Assembly (NCBI GenBank): GCA_018882895.1 | Contig: VERF01000003.1 | Location: 854-64,853 of the forward strand | Direction of reading: 5' to 3' | Source of the DNA: Candidatus Kapaibacterium sp. | GTDB taxonomy: Bacteria; Bacteroidota; Ignavibacteria; Kapaibacteriales; Kapaibacteriaceae | DNA: 64,000 bases | Shown here: in pieces, positions 1 to 9,787 of the stretch | How positions within the stretch are numbered: the first letter of the stretch is position 1 | Layout: each line of letters begins with the position of its first letter | Notes under the pieces: generated by a model | What the model was told of the DNA's origin: nothing | What the model saw: only the letters and a program-made list of their open reading frames with translations | Database searches by the model: none | Position numbers and translations under genes: made by a program

Positions 1-1
1 G

Positions 2-142
2 AAGATCCTGAATTCCGAACGATGGAATGAGTTTGACAGACTCATCATCAATCATGGTCGCAGGACCTGCATTGCACGGCGTCCGCAGTGTGACCGATGT
101 GCCATCGCTGACCTGTGTCCTTCGGCAGTGCAAAAGCCGTAA
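2..142 (+). CDS. nth: endonuclease III (Nth), C-terminal fragment truncated by window start
   Basis: Frame 2 reads ...NEFDRLIINHGRRTCIARRPQCDRCAIADLCPSAVQKP*. The C-x6-C-x2-C-x5-C spacing is the [4Fe-4S] loop of Nth/MutY C-termini. Stop TAA at 140-142. Confidence 0.7.
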   Translation, partial: KILNSERWNEFDRLIINHGRRTCIARRPQCDRCAIADLCPSAVQKP

Positions 143-206
143 CCATGTGTCACGTATTCATCGCAAGATTGCTCATGGAATTGGTAAACAGGAGAGAACA
201 CCAATA

Positions 207-2222
207 ATGCAGCACTTGCAACCGACGACTTGTCATCGCTTGGGCCTTTGGGCGCGTCTATTGACGCTCTTTGTCGTTGCTCACATGGTGACACCGTCAA
301 TCTTTGCCCAGGGAGTCGGCCTCGTCGGAGGGCTGACAGTCAACAACCCCTCAGCACAGTTTCGGCAACTGGGATCCTTTCCATCATGCTGTCCTGAATT
401 CACAGACGGGTCAGGCATTGGAGGGCAGTTCGGTGGATGGCTTGAGCGGCCTCTTGGAGGGGGCTTCTCAGTCATCGGGCGACTTATGGTCTCGTGGGAT
501 CACGTTGGTTTCACCGACGATGAAGCTTCCTTCGTGGCAGATCTGCGCGATACTCCTCGGGTGGTACCGGCGCTATTCCGCCATGAGTTGACCTCAAGCC
601 ATGCGGCACTGGTCTTAGAGCCCCTGTTGGCACTCAGGTTGTTTGGACGTACGTCCGCAGTGGTCGGGCCGAGATTGGCGCTGGGATTGTCACAGACGTT
701 TCGTCAAACCGAAACACTGATCGAACCAGCCGATTTCGGATCGTTCGCCGGCTCAGGACGTGTATGGATTGATAATTCCGGAGACATCCCTCAGCCCCCT
801 GCCGTCGCGGCCGCTATCACAGGCGGCGTTCGGACATCGATTGAAATTACAGCTGATGGATCGATGACGATCTCGCCGGAGCTTACCTACTCCTATTCGC
901 TGACTGATGTCTCACAGGGGGCAACATGGAAGAACCATGCTCTACGGATCGGCGCCAGTATTGGCTGGCTTCCCAGGGAAACACCACCTGTCGAGCCAGG
1001 GCCGAGTTCTGACATGACTCCCCCACCGCTGGCGGCGATTCCCGACAAGCCTGTGCCACCAAAGATCCGACTGCGCGTGTACGGCATAAACGATGATGGA
1101 ACGATCATCGCCGATCCAATCATCGATCGTCGCGAGATTAAGGTCACAAATCTTCACCCGATGCTCGGACATGTGTACTTCGGTGATGCATCATGGCAGA
1201 TTCCTGAGCGTTATCTGCGTGGCACCGAGCGTGCCTTGCTCGATACGCTCACGCTGACGCCAATTGAGGCACTGCACGGAGAGCTTGCCATCATAGCTCT
1301 TCGAATGCGGATTCGCAGGCAGGCAAGGCTGAAGGTCGGCGGTATGGTTGCCAACACCGCAACTGACAAGGGGGCTGATCTAGCGCGCAAACGAGCAGAG
1401 GCAGTCATCGAGAAGCTCATCAGCCTTGGGATTGAATCAGATCGAATCGAGCTCATCACCGGAGATCGTTTGTTCCCTGCCACAAAGATGTCAGACACAT
1501 CTGAACGCATGCTGGCAATCGAAGAAAATCGCAGGGTTGAGATCAGCTGCAATGATGAGTACGTGATGGCACCTATCACACTCGGTTCGATCGATATCTC
1601 AGTCTTTCCAAAGCGAATCCGTGTTGCGGATTCCGTCGAGTCGACCGCTCTTCGCGATGTACAAACCGACTTGTTTCTAGGAGGTAAGAAGATCCCTGTA
1701 GCACGTGACAATGCCCGGGATTGGGCTACAGAGGACGTTGATCTATCTTCGATTGTCACTCGGTCCATTGCCAACACACTGAGCGTAAAGGTCTCGGCAA
1801 CCGATACAGCCGGTCAATCAGGAGAGGAAACTCTTTCGATTCCAATACGTCATCAGGACACGGCAATGCGACGGAAGGTTCGCAGCGGTGACTTGTTTAT
1901 CGAACGATATGGATTGGTGCTATTTGACTTCAATACGGCCAACATCGGTCCACATCACATGTTCATTATCAACATTATCAAGTCCAGGATTACCCCAACA
2001 ACCACCGTGTCAATTTTCGGTATGACGGACAAAGCCGGTTCTGACGACTACAACCGTACCCTGTCCCAACGTCGCGCGCGTGAAGTAGCCCGAATGCTCG
2101 GTGTGAGCGTTTCTTCGGTCGAGGGTCTGGGCGAGGATTCTCCTCAGTTCCCGAACGACCTTCCCGAGGGCCGCGCGGCCAACCGCACGGTCGTTGTGGA
2201 ACTTCGCACGAAGGTCCCGTAG
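207..2222 (+). CDS. outer-membrane protein with N-terminal barrel-like region and two OmpA_C-like peptidoglycan-binding domains
   Basis: ATG at 207 gives the signal peptide MQHLQPTT...LFVVAHMVTPSIFAQG. The ORF-track start at 27 would overlap nth. Two OmpA_C signatures: ...RKRAEAVIEKLISLGI...ENRRVEI and ...TDKAGSDDYNRTLSQRRAREVARML...NRTVVVEL. Paralog of 6666-8669. Confidence 0.8.
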   Translation: MQHLQPTTCHRLGLWARLLTLFVVAHMVTPSIFAQGVGLVGGLTVNNPSAQFRQLGSFPSCCPEFTDGSGIGGQFGGWLERPLGGGFSVIGRLMVSWDHVGFTDDEASFVADLRDTPRVVPALFRHELTSSHAALVLEPLLALRLFGRTSAVVGPRLALGLSQTFRQTETLIEPADFGSFAGSGRVWIDNSGDIPQPPAVAAAITGGVRTSIEITADGSMTISPELTYSYSLTDVSQGATWKNHALRIGASIGWLPRETPPVEPGPSSDMTPPPLAAIPDKPVPPKIRLRVYGINDDGTIIADPIIDRREIKVTNLHPMLGHVYFGDASWQIPERYLRGTERALLDTLTLTPIEALHGELAIIALRMRIRRQARLKVGGMVANTATDKGADLARKRAEAVIEKLISLGIESDRIELITGDRLFPATKMSDTSERMLAIEENRRVEISCNDEYVMAPITLGSIDISVFPKRIRVADSVESTALRDVQTDLFLGGKKIPVARDNARDWATEDVDLSSIVTRSIANTLSVKVSATDTAGQSGEETLSIPIRHQDTAMRRKVRSGDLFIERYGLVLFDFNTANIGPHHMFIINIIKSRITPTTTVSIFGMTDKAGSDDYNRTLSQRRAREVARMLGVSVSSVEGLGEDSPQFPNDLPEGRAANRTVVVELRTKVP

Positions 2223-2325
2223 CGTAACCTTTTTGATTTCGTCTTGTCTATCTTGCGCCGAGGTGCGCAGTAGCAGTATTGGCAGCCTCCGGCTTGTTGC
2301 ACATGCCCTTTCAAGGAGCGACTGA

Positions 2326-5300
2326 ATGATGATTTATGTGATGATCTCAGTGGTCACGATTTTCCTAGCATTTACCGATATCCAGGCTCAGACCGCAGCC
2401 CATCTTGTTCCCATCCGGACCTTCGTGACCGGGGACGACACGGTCAAGTGTCGCTTGGCGGCGCTCGACAATAACTTTCAGCCGGTGAATGGGAACCTGG
2501 CAGCGCTTCAGGTGGTCGATGGAGGAGTTACGCCGGCAGTGACCCAAGCTCCTGACCCGATCGGAAACCCCCGAGAACTCTCGCTGGTGGTCGCTGTTGA
2601 TCTGTCGTCATCAATGGAGATTGCGAGTCCAACTACCTCGGGGCTTTCTCCGTTGGCAATAGCAAGCCAGGCCATCGACCGGGCTCGCAATCTCATGATC
2701 CGTTCATTTGACGAACTCGGCCTAGTAGGAATAGGTGCCCGCTCGGAACTGATCTATGCTCTTTCGTCTGACAAACTCGGATTTCCCAAGGCTGTTACAA
2801 GTCTGAAAAGCTCTGGTGGATTCGACCTTCAGCGTGGACTGTTTGACTCACCCACCGGGGCGTTAACGCAACTTCAGAATTCTCGAAACTCGCGGGCGCT
2901 GCTCCTCTTTACTGATGGCAACTCCCGATTTGACCTCAAAAGTGCGCGCTCTCTTGCCAAGACCTTCGGCATCAAGGTTTACGTGATAGGTATTGGCACC
3001 GCTTTGTCATCTGAACTTCGCACTTTGGCCGATTCTTCTGGCGGCGCCTACGTGGAACGCGTCAGCAATGTGGCCGAAGCATCTCGCTGGGCCAGTGGCT
3101 TCGTAGCCGAAGCCAAACAGCTGCGACTCTGGACGCTTTCCTGGGCAAGGCCGAATGCCTGCGACACCATTAGGCAGGTACAGGTAGCCGACACCAGGAC
3201 AAAGCTCAACGTGCAGTATCGTCAGCCCCCTTCAAAGAGGGGCATTCTGCAGACTCGCGATCAGAGCATTGATCTCGGTCTAGTTCCCGCAGGGAATGCG
3301 GCCACCGCCACGGCGGTGTGGACTGCATCGAACACCAAGATCACTGTCACGGCAGTAAGTGCATCCGGAGGTACCGGTTTCGAACTCATTGATTTGCCAA
3401 GTCTGCCCGTCACTGTATCACCTGGCACGTCAATGAGCGTCGGCATCCGTTTCTCGTCGCAATCGACCGATGCCGACTACGCTACGGTGCAGATTCAGAG
3501 TGATGCATGTCAATCCGATGTTGTTCATCTGCGGGCCGGGTCGGTATTCTCCGGTAAGACGGTGCGCCTCGAGCAACCCAATGGTGGCGAGACGTTCTTG
3601 GCTGGACGGGACACTGTCGTCCAATGGACAAATGCCCTACCGCAAGACTTCATGCGGCTTGAAGTGAGCACGAATTCGGGAACGACTTGGAAGACCGTCA
3701 CTGAATCAGCACAGGGTCTGTCATACAAGTGGTCGCCAGGCTTCGGAGTTGGAGACAACTGCCTGATGCGTATCACGGGGACAAACATTGATCAGCGCAG
3801 CATTCTGAGATTACGTGGACAAGAGCAGCCGGTTTACTGTGCAATATTCACTCCGGATGACCAGTACGTGATCACTGGTGGTGACGACGGAACAGTCAGA
3901 ACATGGGACGCCAATACTGGAGAACAAGCACGCATCATTGGGATCCATGGCAACTGGGTTTGGGCTCTTGCCACGATGCCGGGAACATCAAATGTTGCCT
4001 CTGGAAGCCATGACGGGACAGTTCGTGTGTGGGACTATCGAAGCAGTGCACGCATCGCTACTGTCAATGTTGGTTCACGCGTCTGGTCTGTGGCCTTCTC
4101 CCAGGACGGCAAGACGATGTTCGTCGGCACAGAGGGTTCGATCATGACAGTCTCAACCGACACATGGTCGATTGATAAGTTTGTCACCGTTCCGGAGGGG
4201 CCCGTCTATGATGTGCATGCTGCCGCAGGCGCGCCCTTCATCGTTGCCGCCGAGGGATCGAGCGTCGTTTCTCGGTCAGTCAGTGATCTGGCTGTCATTC
4301 GCGAGTTTCGAGATCCAGAACAGGTTGGTAGCGTCTATGCTGTTTCAATGCCGTCAACCAATGACGTCGTCGTCTCTGGAGGTTCGGACTTTGTGATTCG
4401 AAAGTATCGTTACTCTGACGCATCATTGCTGGAAAGCTCGTCGACTGGACTCGGGAGTATTCTTGCTTTGTCATACTCATTAGACAATTCGAAGATACTG
4501 TCGGCAGGGGGCGACGCCACTGCCAAGATTCACAGTGCCGAGAATCTATCCGTGCAAGTCGCGTTGGCCGGACATGACGGCATAGTGTACGGAGCTTCAT
4601 TCTCCTCCAATGATAGTCTTGTGGCGACCGCCTCAACAGACTTCACTACTCGTGTCTGGCCCCTTTCAAAGCTTGGTTCGGTATCGGATCAGAGTGATGG
4701 TGCCTTCTCAATTGCGGGTGGCCAAACTGAACAGTCGACTTTGAGCTTTGGTGATGTTCTCATTGGTACAGGGCGTGATGTCTCATCTCCGGTCCTGCGC
4801 AACACGGGATCGAGTCCGGTCGTGGTTCGGTCGATCCGGCTGCGTTCAGCTGGCCAAGACTCTGATTTTGAAATCAGCCCTCCTACACTTCCATTGCAAC
4901 TCGAAAGCGGGGCGTCGCTCTCTGTGGATGTGGAGTTCATGCCAACAGGCCTCGGCGATCGTAATGCGACTCTCGAGATCACTACAGGTACCGGTATCAA
5001 GCGAATCGAGCTATCGGGTCGCGGTGTAAACCCTGGACTTAGCGTTCGCGAGGTTCTCGATTTTGGCCGCCACATTGCCAATCAGGGGGTGATTGACAGT
5101 AGCATAACGGTGACAGGCATCGGAGATCCGAGTGTTCTGTACGAAGTAACGCTCACTTCAATCGTGGGAGAGCAGTCATCGGTCTTCTCGATCATTGACG
5201 GTGGATCGCCGTTTACACTTCGCGGTGGTGAATCACGAAAGATCTCTGTTCGTTTCGACCCTCGGACATTCGGCCGTTTCTCGGGGAATTTGGTGCTCCA

Positions 5301-6669
5301 GATCTCTGGCCGACCCACTCAGATAGTGCGGTTGTACAGCGAAGCAACCGGTGAGGGGCGTCTATCATCAACCGCCGGACTTCTATTCGCTTCAAATTCA
5401 TGTGAGGCGGTTTCAAGCCAGCGGCCGGTGATGCTGCGAAACAGTGGCAATGCTCAAACGATCATCTATTCGATCGGACTCGAGGGCGCTGATGCTGATG
5501 AGTTCTCAATTGACGTGAATCAGGAATTCCCTATCACGATGAATTCTCGTGATAGCCTTCCATTTACTGTGTCGTTTGCACCGAAACGAGTCGGCGGTAA
5601 GGACGTCCGCATCGTGGTATCGTCCAACGCATCGAACGCAATGAACGGCCGTACCGTCGTCAACATTTCTGCACGTCGCGACTCGGTAGGCTTTGAGCTC
5701 TCTCGTTCAACGATTCGATTCGATAACGCACTTGAAGGCGAGGTGCTTTCTGACCGGCTCCAGATCATCAACACCGGCACCATCACACTTCAGTGGCCTC
5801 GTGGATCTATAAATCTTGGTCCGTTCAGGATTGACAGCATTGCGCCCGATTTGACAGCAGGTGGACGCACGTCAGCAATGCTGGTCACGTTCCTTGGTGG
5901 TGTCCCCGGGCGGACCTACGATACATCCTATACGTTTGTTGACACGATCTGTGGCCGCCGACAAACGCTTCGTCTCACAGCGTCCGTCAAGAGCATCATC
6001 GGTGCGACGCTCAAAATTGGCTCACTGGCCACAAACACCGGTCAACTCGTCTCTTTGCCCGTCTACGTCACCGGCAAGGTCAATCTGAACCGCACTCAAG
6101 TGCGCACGGTGACGGCTCACATGAGTGTCAACGGCACCGTACTTACCCCATCAGGCAGCACACCAGCCGGGCAACTCCTGCCCGGAGGCATCCGCCACTT
6201 CAGCGTCCCGATCCCTCTTGATGCCACCGACTCGCTAGCAACGACGCTCACATTTCAGACAACCTGGGGAAATGACACTGCTTCCTTTGTCCGTATAGAT
6301 AGTGTAACGGCTGGCGATACACTCACGCTACGAACGATGAACGGACAGATACGCATTCTGGATATTTGTCGGATAGGATCACGTCCTCGCCTGATATCAT
6401 TCACCAACTCAGGTGCCGGTATCGCAATTGCACCCAACCCGGCCTCGACCTCTGCGATCGCTACGATTGATGTCATTGAAAGGGGCTCAACAGACGTTCG
6501 GGTGTTTGATGCTGCCGGCAGATTGATTCAAACGCTCTTCAGCGCAACAACATCACCAGGTAGGTGGGTTGTCCCACTGGATGTATCGGGAATGCAAATG
6601 GGAGTTTACTTCGTTGTAATGACAACGCCATCGGAATCGTTCACTCATCGCATTGAGGTGGTCCGATGA
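2326..6669 (+). CDS. 1447-aa secreted multidomain protein: VWA + WD40 beta-propeller + repeated Ig/PapD-like (ASH/HYDIN-type) domains + T9SS C-terminal sorting domain
   Basis: AAGGAG RBS at 2312-2317. Signal peptide MMIYVMISVVTIFLAFTDIQAQ. VWA MIDAS motif VAVDLSSSM. WD40 repeats (GGDDGTVRTWD, SGSHDGTVRVWD, SGGSDFVIRKY, ASTDFTTRVW; about nt 3810-4670). C-terminus IAPNPASTSA...GVYFVVMTT...IEVVR is typical of type-A T9SS CTDs. Confidence 0.85.
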   Translation: MMIYVMISVVTIFLAFTDIQAQTAAHLVPIRTFVTGDDTVKCRLAALDNNFQPVNGNLAALQVVDGGVTPAVTQAPDPIGNPRELSLVVAVDLSSSMEIASPTTSGLSPLAIASQAIDRARNLMIRSFDELGLVGIGARSELIYALSSDKLGFPKAVTSLKSSGGFDLQRGLFDSPTGALTQLQNSRNSRALLLFTDGNSRFDLKSARSLAKTFGIKVYVIGIGTALSSELRTLADSSGGAYVERVSNVAEASRWASGFVAEAKQLRLWTLSWARPNACDTIRQVQVADTRTKLNVQYRQPPSKRGILQTRDQSIDLGLVPAGNAATATAVWTASNTKITVTAVSASGGTGFELIDLPSLPVTVSPGTSMSVGIRFSSQSTDADYATVQIQSDACQSDVVHLRAGSVFSGKTVRLEQPNGGETFLAGRDTVVQWTNALPQDFMRLEVSTNSGTTWKTVTESAQGLSYKWSPGFGVGDNCLMRITGTNIDQRSILRLRGQEQPVYCAIFTPDDQYVITGGDDGTVRTWDANTGEQARIIGIHGNWVWALATMPGTSNVASGSHDGTVRVWDYRSSARIATVNVGSRVWSVAFSQDGKTMFVGTEGSIMTVSTDTWSIDKFVTVPEGPVYDVHAAAGAPFIVAAEGSSVVSRSVSDLAVIREFRDPEQVGSVYAVSMPSTNDVVVSGGSDFVIRKYRYSDASLLESSSTGLGSILALSYSLDNSKILSAGGDATAKIHSAENLSVQVALAGHDGIVYGASFSSNDSLVATASTDFTTRVWPLSKLGSVSDQSDGAFSIAGGQTEQSTLSFGDVLIGTGRDVSSPVLRNTGSSPVVVRSIRLRSAGQDSDFEISPPTLPLQLESGASLSVDVEFMPTGLGDRNATLEITTGTGIKRIELSGRGVNPGLSVREVLDFGRHIANQGVIDSSITVTGIGDPSVLYEVTLTSIVGEQSSVFSIIDGGSPFTLRGGESRKISVRFDPRTFGRFSGNLVLQISGRPTQIVRLYSEATGEGRLSSTAGLLFASNSCEAVSSQRPVMLRNSGNAQTIIYSIGLEGADADEFSIDVNQEFPITMNSRDSLPFTVSFAPKRVGGKDVRIVVSSNASNAMNGRTVVNISARRDSVGFELSRSTIRFDNALEGEVLSDRLQIINTGTITLQWPRGSINLGPFRIDSIAPDLTAGGRTSAMLVTFLGGVPGRTYDTSYTFVDTICGRRQTLRLTASVKSIIGATLKIGSLATNTGQLVSLPVYVTGKVNLNRTQVRTVTAHMSVNGTVLTPSGSTPAGQLLPGGIRHFSVPIPLDATDSLATTLTFQTTWGNDTASFVRIDSVTAGDTLTLRTMNGQIRILDICRIGSRPRLISFTNSGAGIAIAPNPASTSAIATIDVIERGSTDVRVFDAAGRLIQTLFSATTSPGRWVVPLDVSGMQMGVYFVVMTTPSESFTHRIEVVR

Positions 6670-8669
6670 GATCCTTCACAACTGCAATTCTCGCACTTGG
6701 CCTCAGCTACAGTCTTCTTCTGGCTCAAACAGACGATCGTCCTCGCATCGGACTTGTGGCTCACGGCATTCTCGACCTTCATCACGCATCTTTCGGCCAA
6801 CTGCCTGATGTCGGCAACTGTTGCCCAAGTTTTACCGGTGGCACGGGCAGTGGTCTGCTGTTCGGTGCGTCCTACCTGACTGGTCTTTCGAAGGAATGGC
6901 TGCTAGATGTCCGTGCTGGTTACCAAACCGGCACGGCAGACTTGACTGAACGAGAGTCAAAGCTCATCGTTCAACCAACTGGTCAGTTCGAATCAGCTAC
7001 GATCCGTCACGACCTCTCGGCTTCGTTCAATCGGCTTGCCATCGAGCCCCTTGCCATTTATCGAATCACTCCCACGGTTGGGTTGCGAATGGGTCTGTGG
7101 GGAGGTTTTCAGATGGACGGTACGTTCACTCAGTCCGAAACGCTTGAAACACCATCCAACGTTGTTTTCGAGAATGGCACTCGTACTCGTAATCGGGCCG
7201 AGGGAACGATTGAGCGCATTGCAACGATGAATCTCGGCTTGACGGTCGGGATAGGCGCTGACTTCCCCCTCGATGTTGACCGCATATTCGTGGCAAGCCC
7301 GGAAGTTCTTCTGACCTATGCTCCAACTGCATTGGTGCAGGATTTATCTTGGTCACATACCATGATCCGTGCCGGTGTAGTGATTTCATACTCACCGATC
7401 GACGAGGAAGAGCCAATCTCAGACTTTGAACTTTTCGAGGTAGCACGAACGTCGCTGTTGCGCCCTGCGTCCGAAACCTTACCTGCACGAATGATATCGG
7501 CGACCGTCTCGGGGCTTAACGAAAGCGGCACACCGGTCGATAAGCAGTCGGTTCGGATCGAAGAGTTCACGTCGAATCGTATTCGTCCTCTGCTTCCTTT
7601 TGTGTTTTTCGACGAAGGTTCGTTTACGTTGTCACCACGATATCGTCAGCTTTCTCGCGAGCAGGTTGAGGGCTACTCGCTTGCCAACTTCTACAACCTC
7701 GATGCCATGATTACCTACTATCAGCTTCTGAATGTGGTGGGCAAGCGCATGCAGGAGAGACCGGAAGCCACGGTGACACTCACGGGATGCACGGACTCAA
7801 AGGAGGCCGGCGGTAGTGAGGGACTTGGAACGCGGCGGGCTCAGGTCGTGAAGAATTACCTTGTAGACACGTGGCAGATCTCCCCGTCGCGAATCACCGT
7901 TGAAGGGCGAGAGCTTCCCACAGCTGCGTCAAATGAAGCTGATCTTGACGGGGCTTCGGAGAACCGCCGAGTAGAGATCTCCAGCTCAGACATGTCGGTA
8001 CTTTCGGCCGTTACGTCAAACGACACGATGAGGGTATTCGATCCACCTGGACTGCGTTTTGGGCTATCAGTTTCTGATACTTCCAAGCTTAAGAGCTGGA
8101 CGCTGTTTGTGTCCGAAAATGACCGCATCATCCGGACTTTCCACGGCAGCAAAGCTCCACCTTCTTCAGTTGATTGGCGGATGTCGGAGCAGGCAGCACT
8201 GATCTCGCGCGGTACGCGTAAGCTTGAGTACATGTTGGTGGTGCAGGACTCTTCCAACGACGTGATCCCGTCTGCAAGTGCGACAATACCAGTGACAGAG
8301 CGCACGCTGTCAGACAAAGCCTCAGGTGGAGGAACAGACAAGTCCATTGATCGTTTCTCTCTGATCCTCTTTGGATTTGACCGTTCAGATCTCACCGACG
8401 AGCACCGCCAGCTTGTTGATAAGGTAAAGTCGCGATTGAGTCCAACATCCACTGTTTCGATCGTCGGGTACACTGATCGGACCGGCAGTGAGGACTACAA
8501 TCGAAAACTCAGCGAGCAACGTGCACGTGCAGTCTCCAGCGCACTGGGATTTCAGCGCGCAAGCGTGGCCGGTAATGGTGAGCAACTCCCCTTGTACGAC
8601 AATGACACTCCGGAAGGGCGTTTCTACTCTCGTACGGTCGAGATCATTGTCGAGACGCCGAATCGCTAA
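6666..8669 (+). CDS. outer-membrane protein with N-terminal barrel-like region and two OmpA_C-like domains (paralog of 207-2222)
   Basis: Signal peptide MRSFTTAILALGLSYSLLLAQ. OmpA_C signatures ...GTRRAQVVKNYLV...ENRRVEIS and ...TDRTGSEDYNRKLSEQRARAVSSAL...SRTVEIIVE. ATGA overlap with the upstream gene. Confidence 0.8.
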   Translation: MRSFTTAILALGLSYSLLLAQTDDRPRIGLVAHGILDLHHASFGQLPDVGNCCPSFTGGTGSGLLFGASYLTGLSKEWLLDVRAGYQTGTADLTERESKLIVQPTGQFESATIRHDLSASFNRLAIEPLAIYRITPTVGLRMGLWGGFQMDGTFTQSETLETPSNVVFENGTRTRNRAEGTIERIATMNLGLTVGIGADFPLDVDRIFVASPEVLLTYAPTALVQDLSWSHTMIRAGVVISYSPIDEEEPISDFELFEVARTSLLRPASETLPARMISATVSGLNESGTPVDKQSVRIEEFTSNRIRPLLPFVFFDEGSFTLSPRYRQLSREQVEGYSLANFYNLDAMITYYQLLNVVGKRMQERPEATVTLTGCTDSKEAGGSEGLGTRRAQVVKNYLVDTWQISPSRITVEGRELPTAASNEADLDGASENRRVEISSSDMSVLSAVTSNDTMRVFDPPGLRFGLSVSDTSKLKSWTLFVSENDRIIRTFHGSKAPPSSVDWRMSEQAALISRGTRKLEYMLVVQDSSNDVIPSASATIPVTERTLSDKASGGGTDKSIDRFSLILFGFDRSDLTDEHRQLVDKVKSRLSPTSTVSIVGYTDRTGSEDYNRKLSEQRARAVSSALGFQRASVAGNGEQLPLYDNDTPEGRFYSRTVEIIVETPNR

Positions 8670-9787
8670 TGCGTCTCGTCGTCTTCAACTGGCAGGATCG
8701 TACGCATCCACAGGCCGGTGGTGCCGAAACACATCTTCATGAGATATTCTCGCGTCTGGTTCGCCGGGGGCACGAGGTGACGCTGGTCGTTTGCCACTAT
8801 CCCGGCGCTAAGCGCACGGAAATGCTCGACGGCATGAAGGTTGTACGCATTGGATCAAGAAACACCTTCAACTTCGCGGCTCTGATCTGGTGGTTGCGTC
8901 AGCGGCAAAGGGGCTCGTATGACGTTGTCATTGACGACATCAACAAGATTCCCCTGATGCTGCCACTGGTGTCTTCGATCCCTGTCATCGGAATCATTCA
9001 CCATCTTTTTGGAAAGAGCATCTTCGCCGAAGCAGGTCCGATTGCCGGTGGGTACGTGTGGCTGGCTGAACGTCTGATTCCGACCGTCTATCGTCGAACA
9101 ACGATGATGGTTGTGTCTGAGAGCACAAAGGGCGAGTGTATCGCTGAAGGTCTACCCGCTCTGAACCTTAGAGTCATACCAAATGGCATTGATTCGGAAT
9201 CATTTCCCATGACAGTGTCGGAGAAGTCGAGCATTCCGATGATCGCTTACTTCGGTAGACTGAAGCGCTACAAATCGGTAGACCATGTCATCAGAGCTCT
9301 GAAGATCGTGCGAACGTCTATTCCTGATGCACATCTGAACATCATTGGCAGAGGCGATGATGAGTCACGGCTGCGGGAGACCGTCACAGCATTGCGGCTC
9401 GACGACGCGGTTACGTTCCATGGCTACGTTAACGATGATGCCAAAGTGAGATTACTGTCGGCAGCACACGTCGCAGTGAATACTTCTCAGAAAGAAGGCT
9501 GGGGCATCACGAACATCGAGGCCAATGCTTGCGGAACGCCCGTGATTTCTGCCAATTCACCCGGATTACGTGATTCGGTCAACAATGAAGTCTCCGGTCT
9601 ACTGTATCCCTACGGCAATATTGAGGTTCTTGCTTCAGAGATTGTACGTGTCCTGAAGGATTCCGAGCTTCGCGACCGGCTCTCTCATGGAGCCATTGAA
9701 TGGGCCCGGTCGTTCTCATGGGACGCTTCGGCATTGGCCACCGAATCACTCTTTCAAGAGGTCATATCCGACAATTCTGGATCATAG
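8669..9787 (+). CDS. glycosyltransferase family 4 (GT-B, GT1-type C-terminal domain)
   Basis: N-terminus MRLVVFNWQDRTHPQAGGAETHLHEIF...GHEVTL and C-terminal ...SQKEGWGITNIEANACGTPVISANSPGLRDSV are typical GT4 features (EX7E-like region). TAATG junction with the upstream gene. Confidence 0.8.
   Translation: MRLVVFNWQDRTHPQAGGAETHLHEIFSRLVRRGHEVTLVVCHYPGAKRTEMLDGMKVVRIGSRNTFNFAALIWWLRQRQRGSYDVVIDDINKIPLMLPLVSSIPVIGIIHHLFGKSIFAEAGPIAGGYVWLAERLIPTVYRRTTMMVVSESTKGECIAEGLPALNLRVIPNGIDSESFPMTVSEKSSIPMIAYFGRLKRYKSVDHVIRALKIVRTSIPDAHLNIIGRGDDESRLRETVTALRLDDAVTFHGYVNDDAKVRLLSAAHVAVNTSQKEGWGITNIEANACGTPVISANSPGLRDSVNNEVSGLLYPYGNIEVLASEIVRVLKDSELRDRLSHGAIEWARSFSWDASALATESLFQEVISDNSGS

Noticed and set aside
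27-206. N-terminal 60-aa extension of the first OmpA ORF
   Set aside because: It overlaps the nth 3' end in another frame. The ATG at 207 gives a proper signal peptide.
1211-1777. 188-aa antisense ORF in the first OmpA gene, and the analogous 205-aa ORF at 7856-8473 in the second
   Set aside because: Both are shadow ORFs. The two antisense translations are Ser/Arg-rich and carry no recognisable domain. The sense frames carry OmpA_C signatures.
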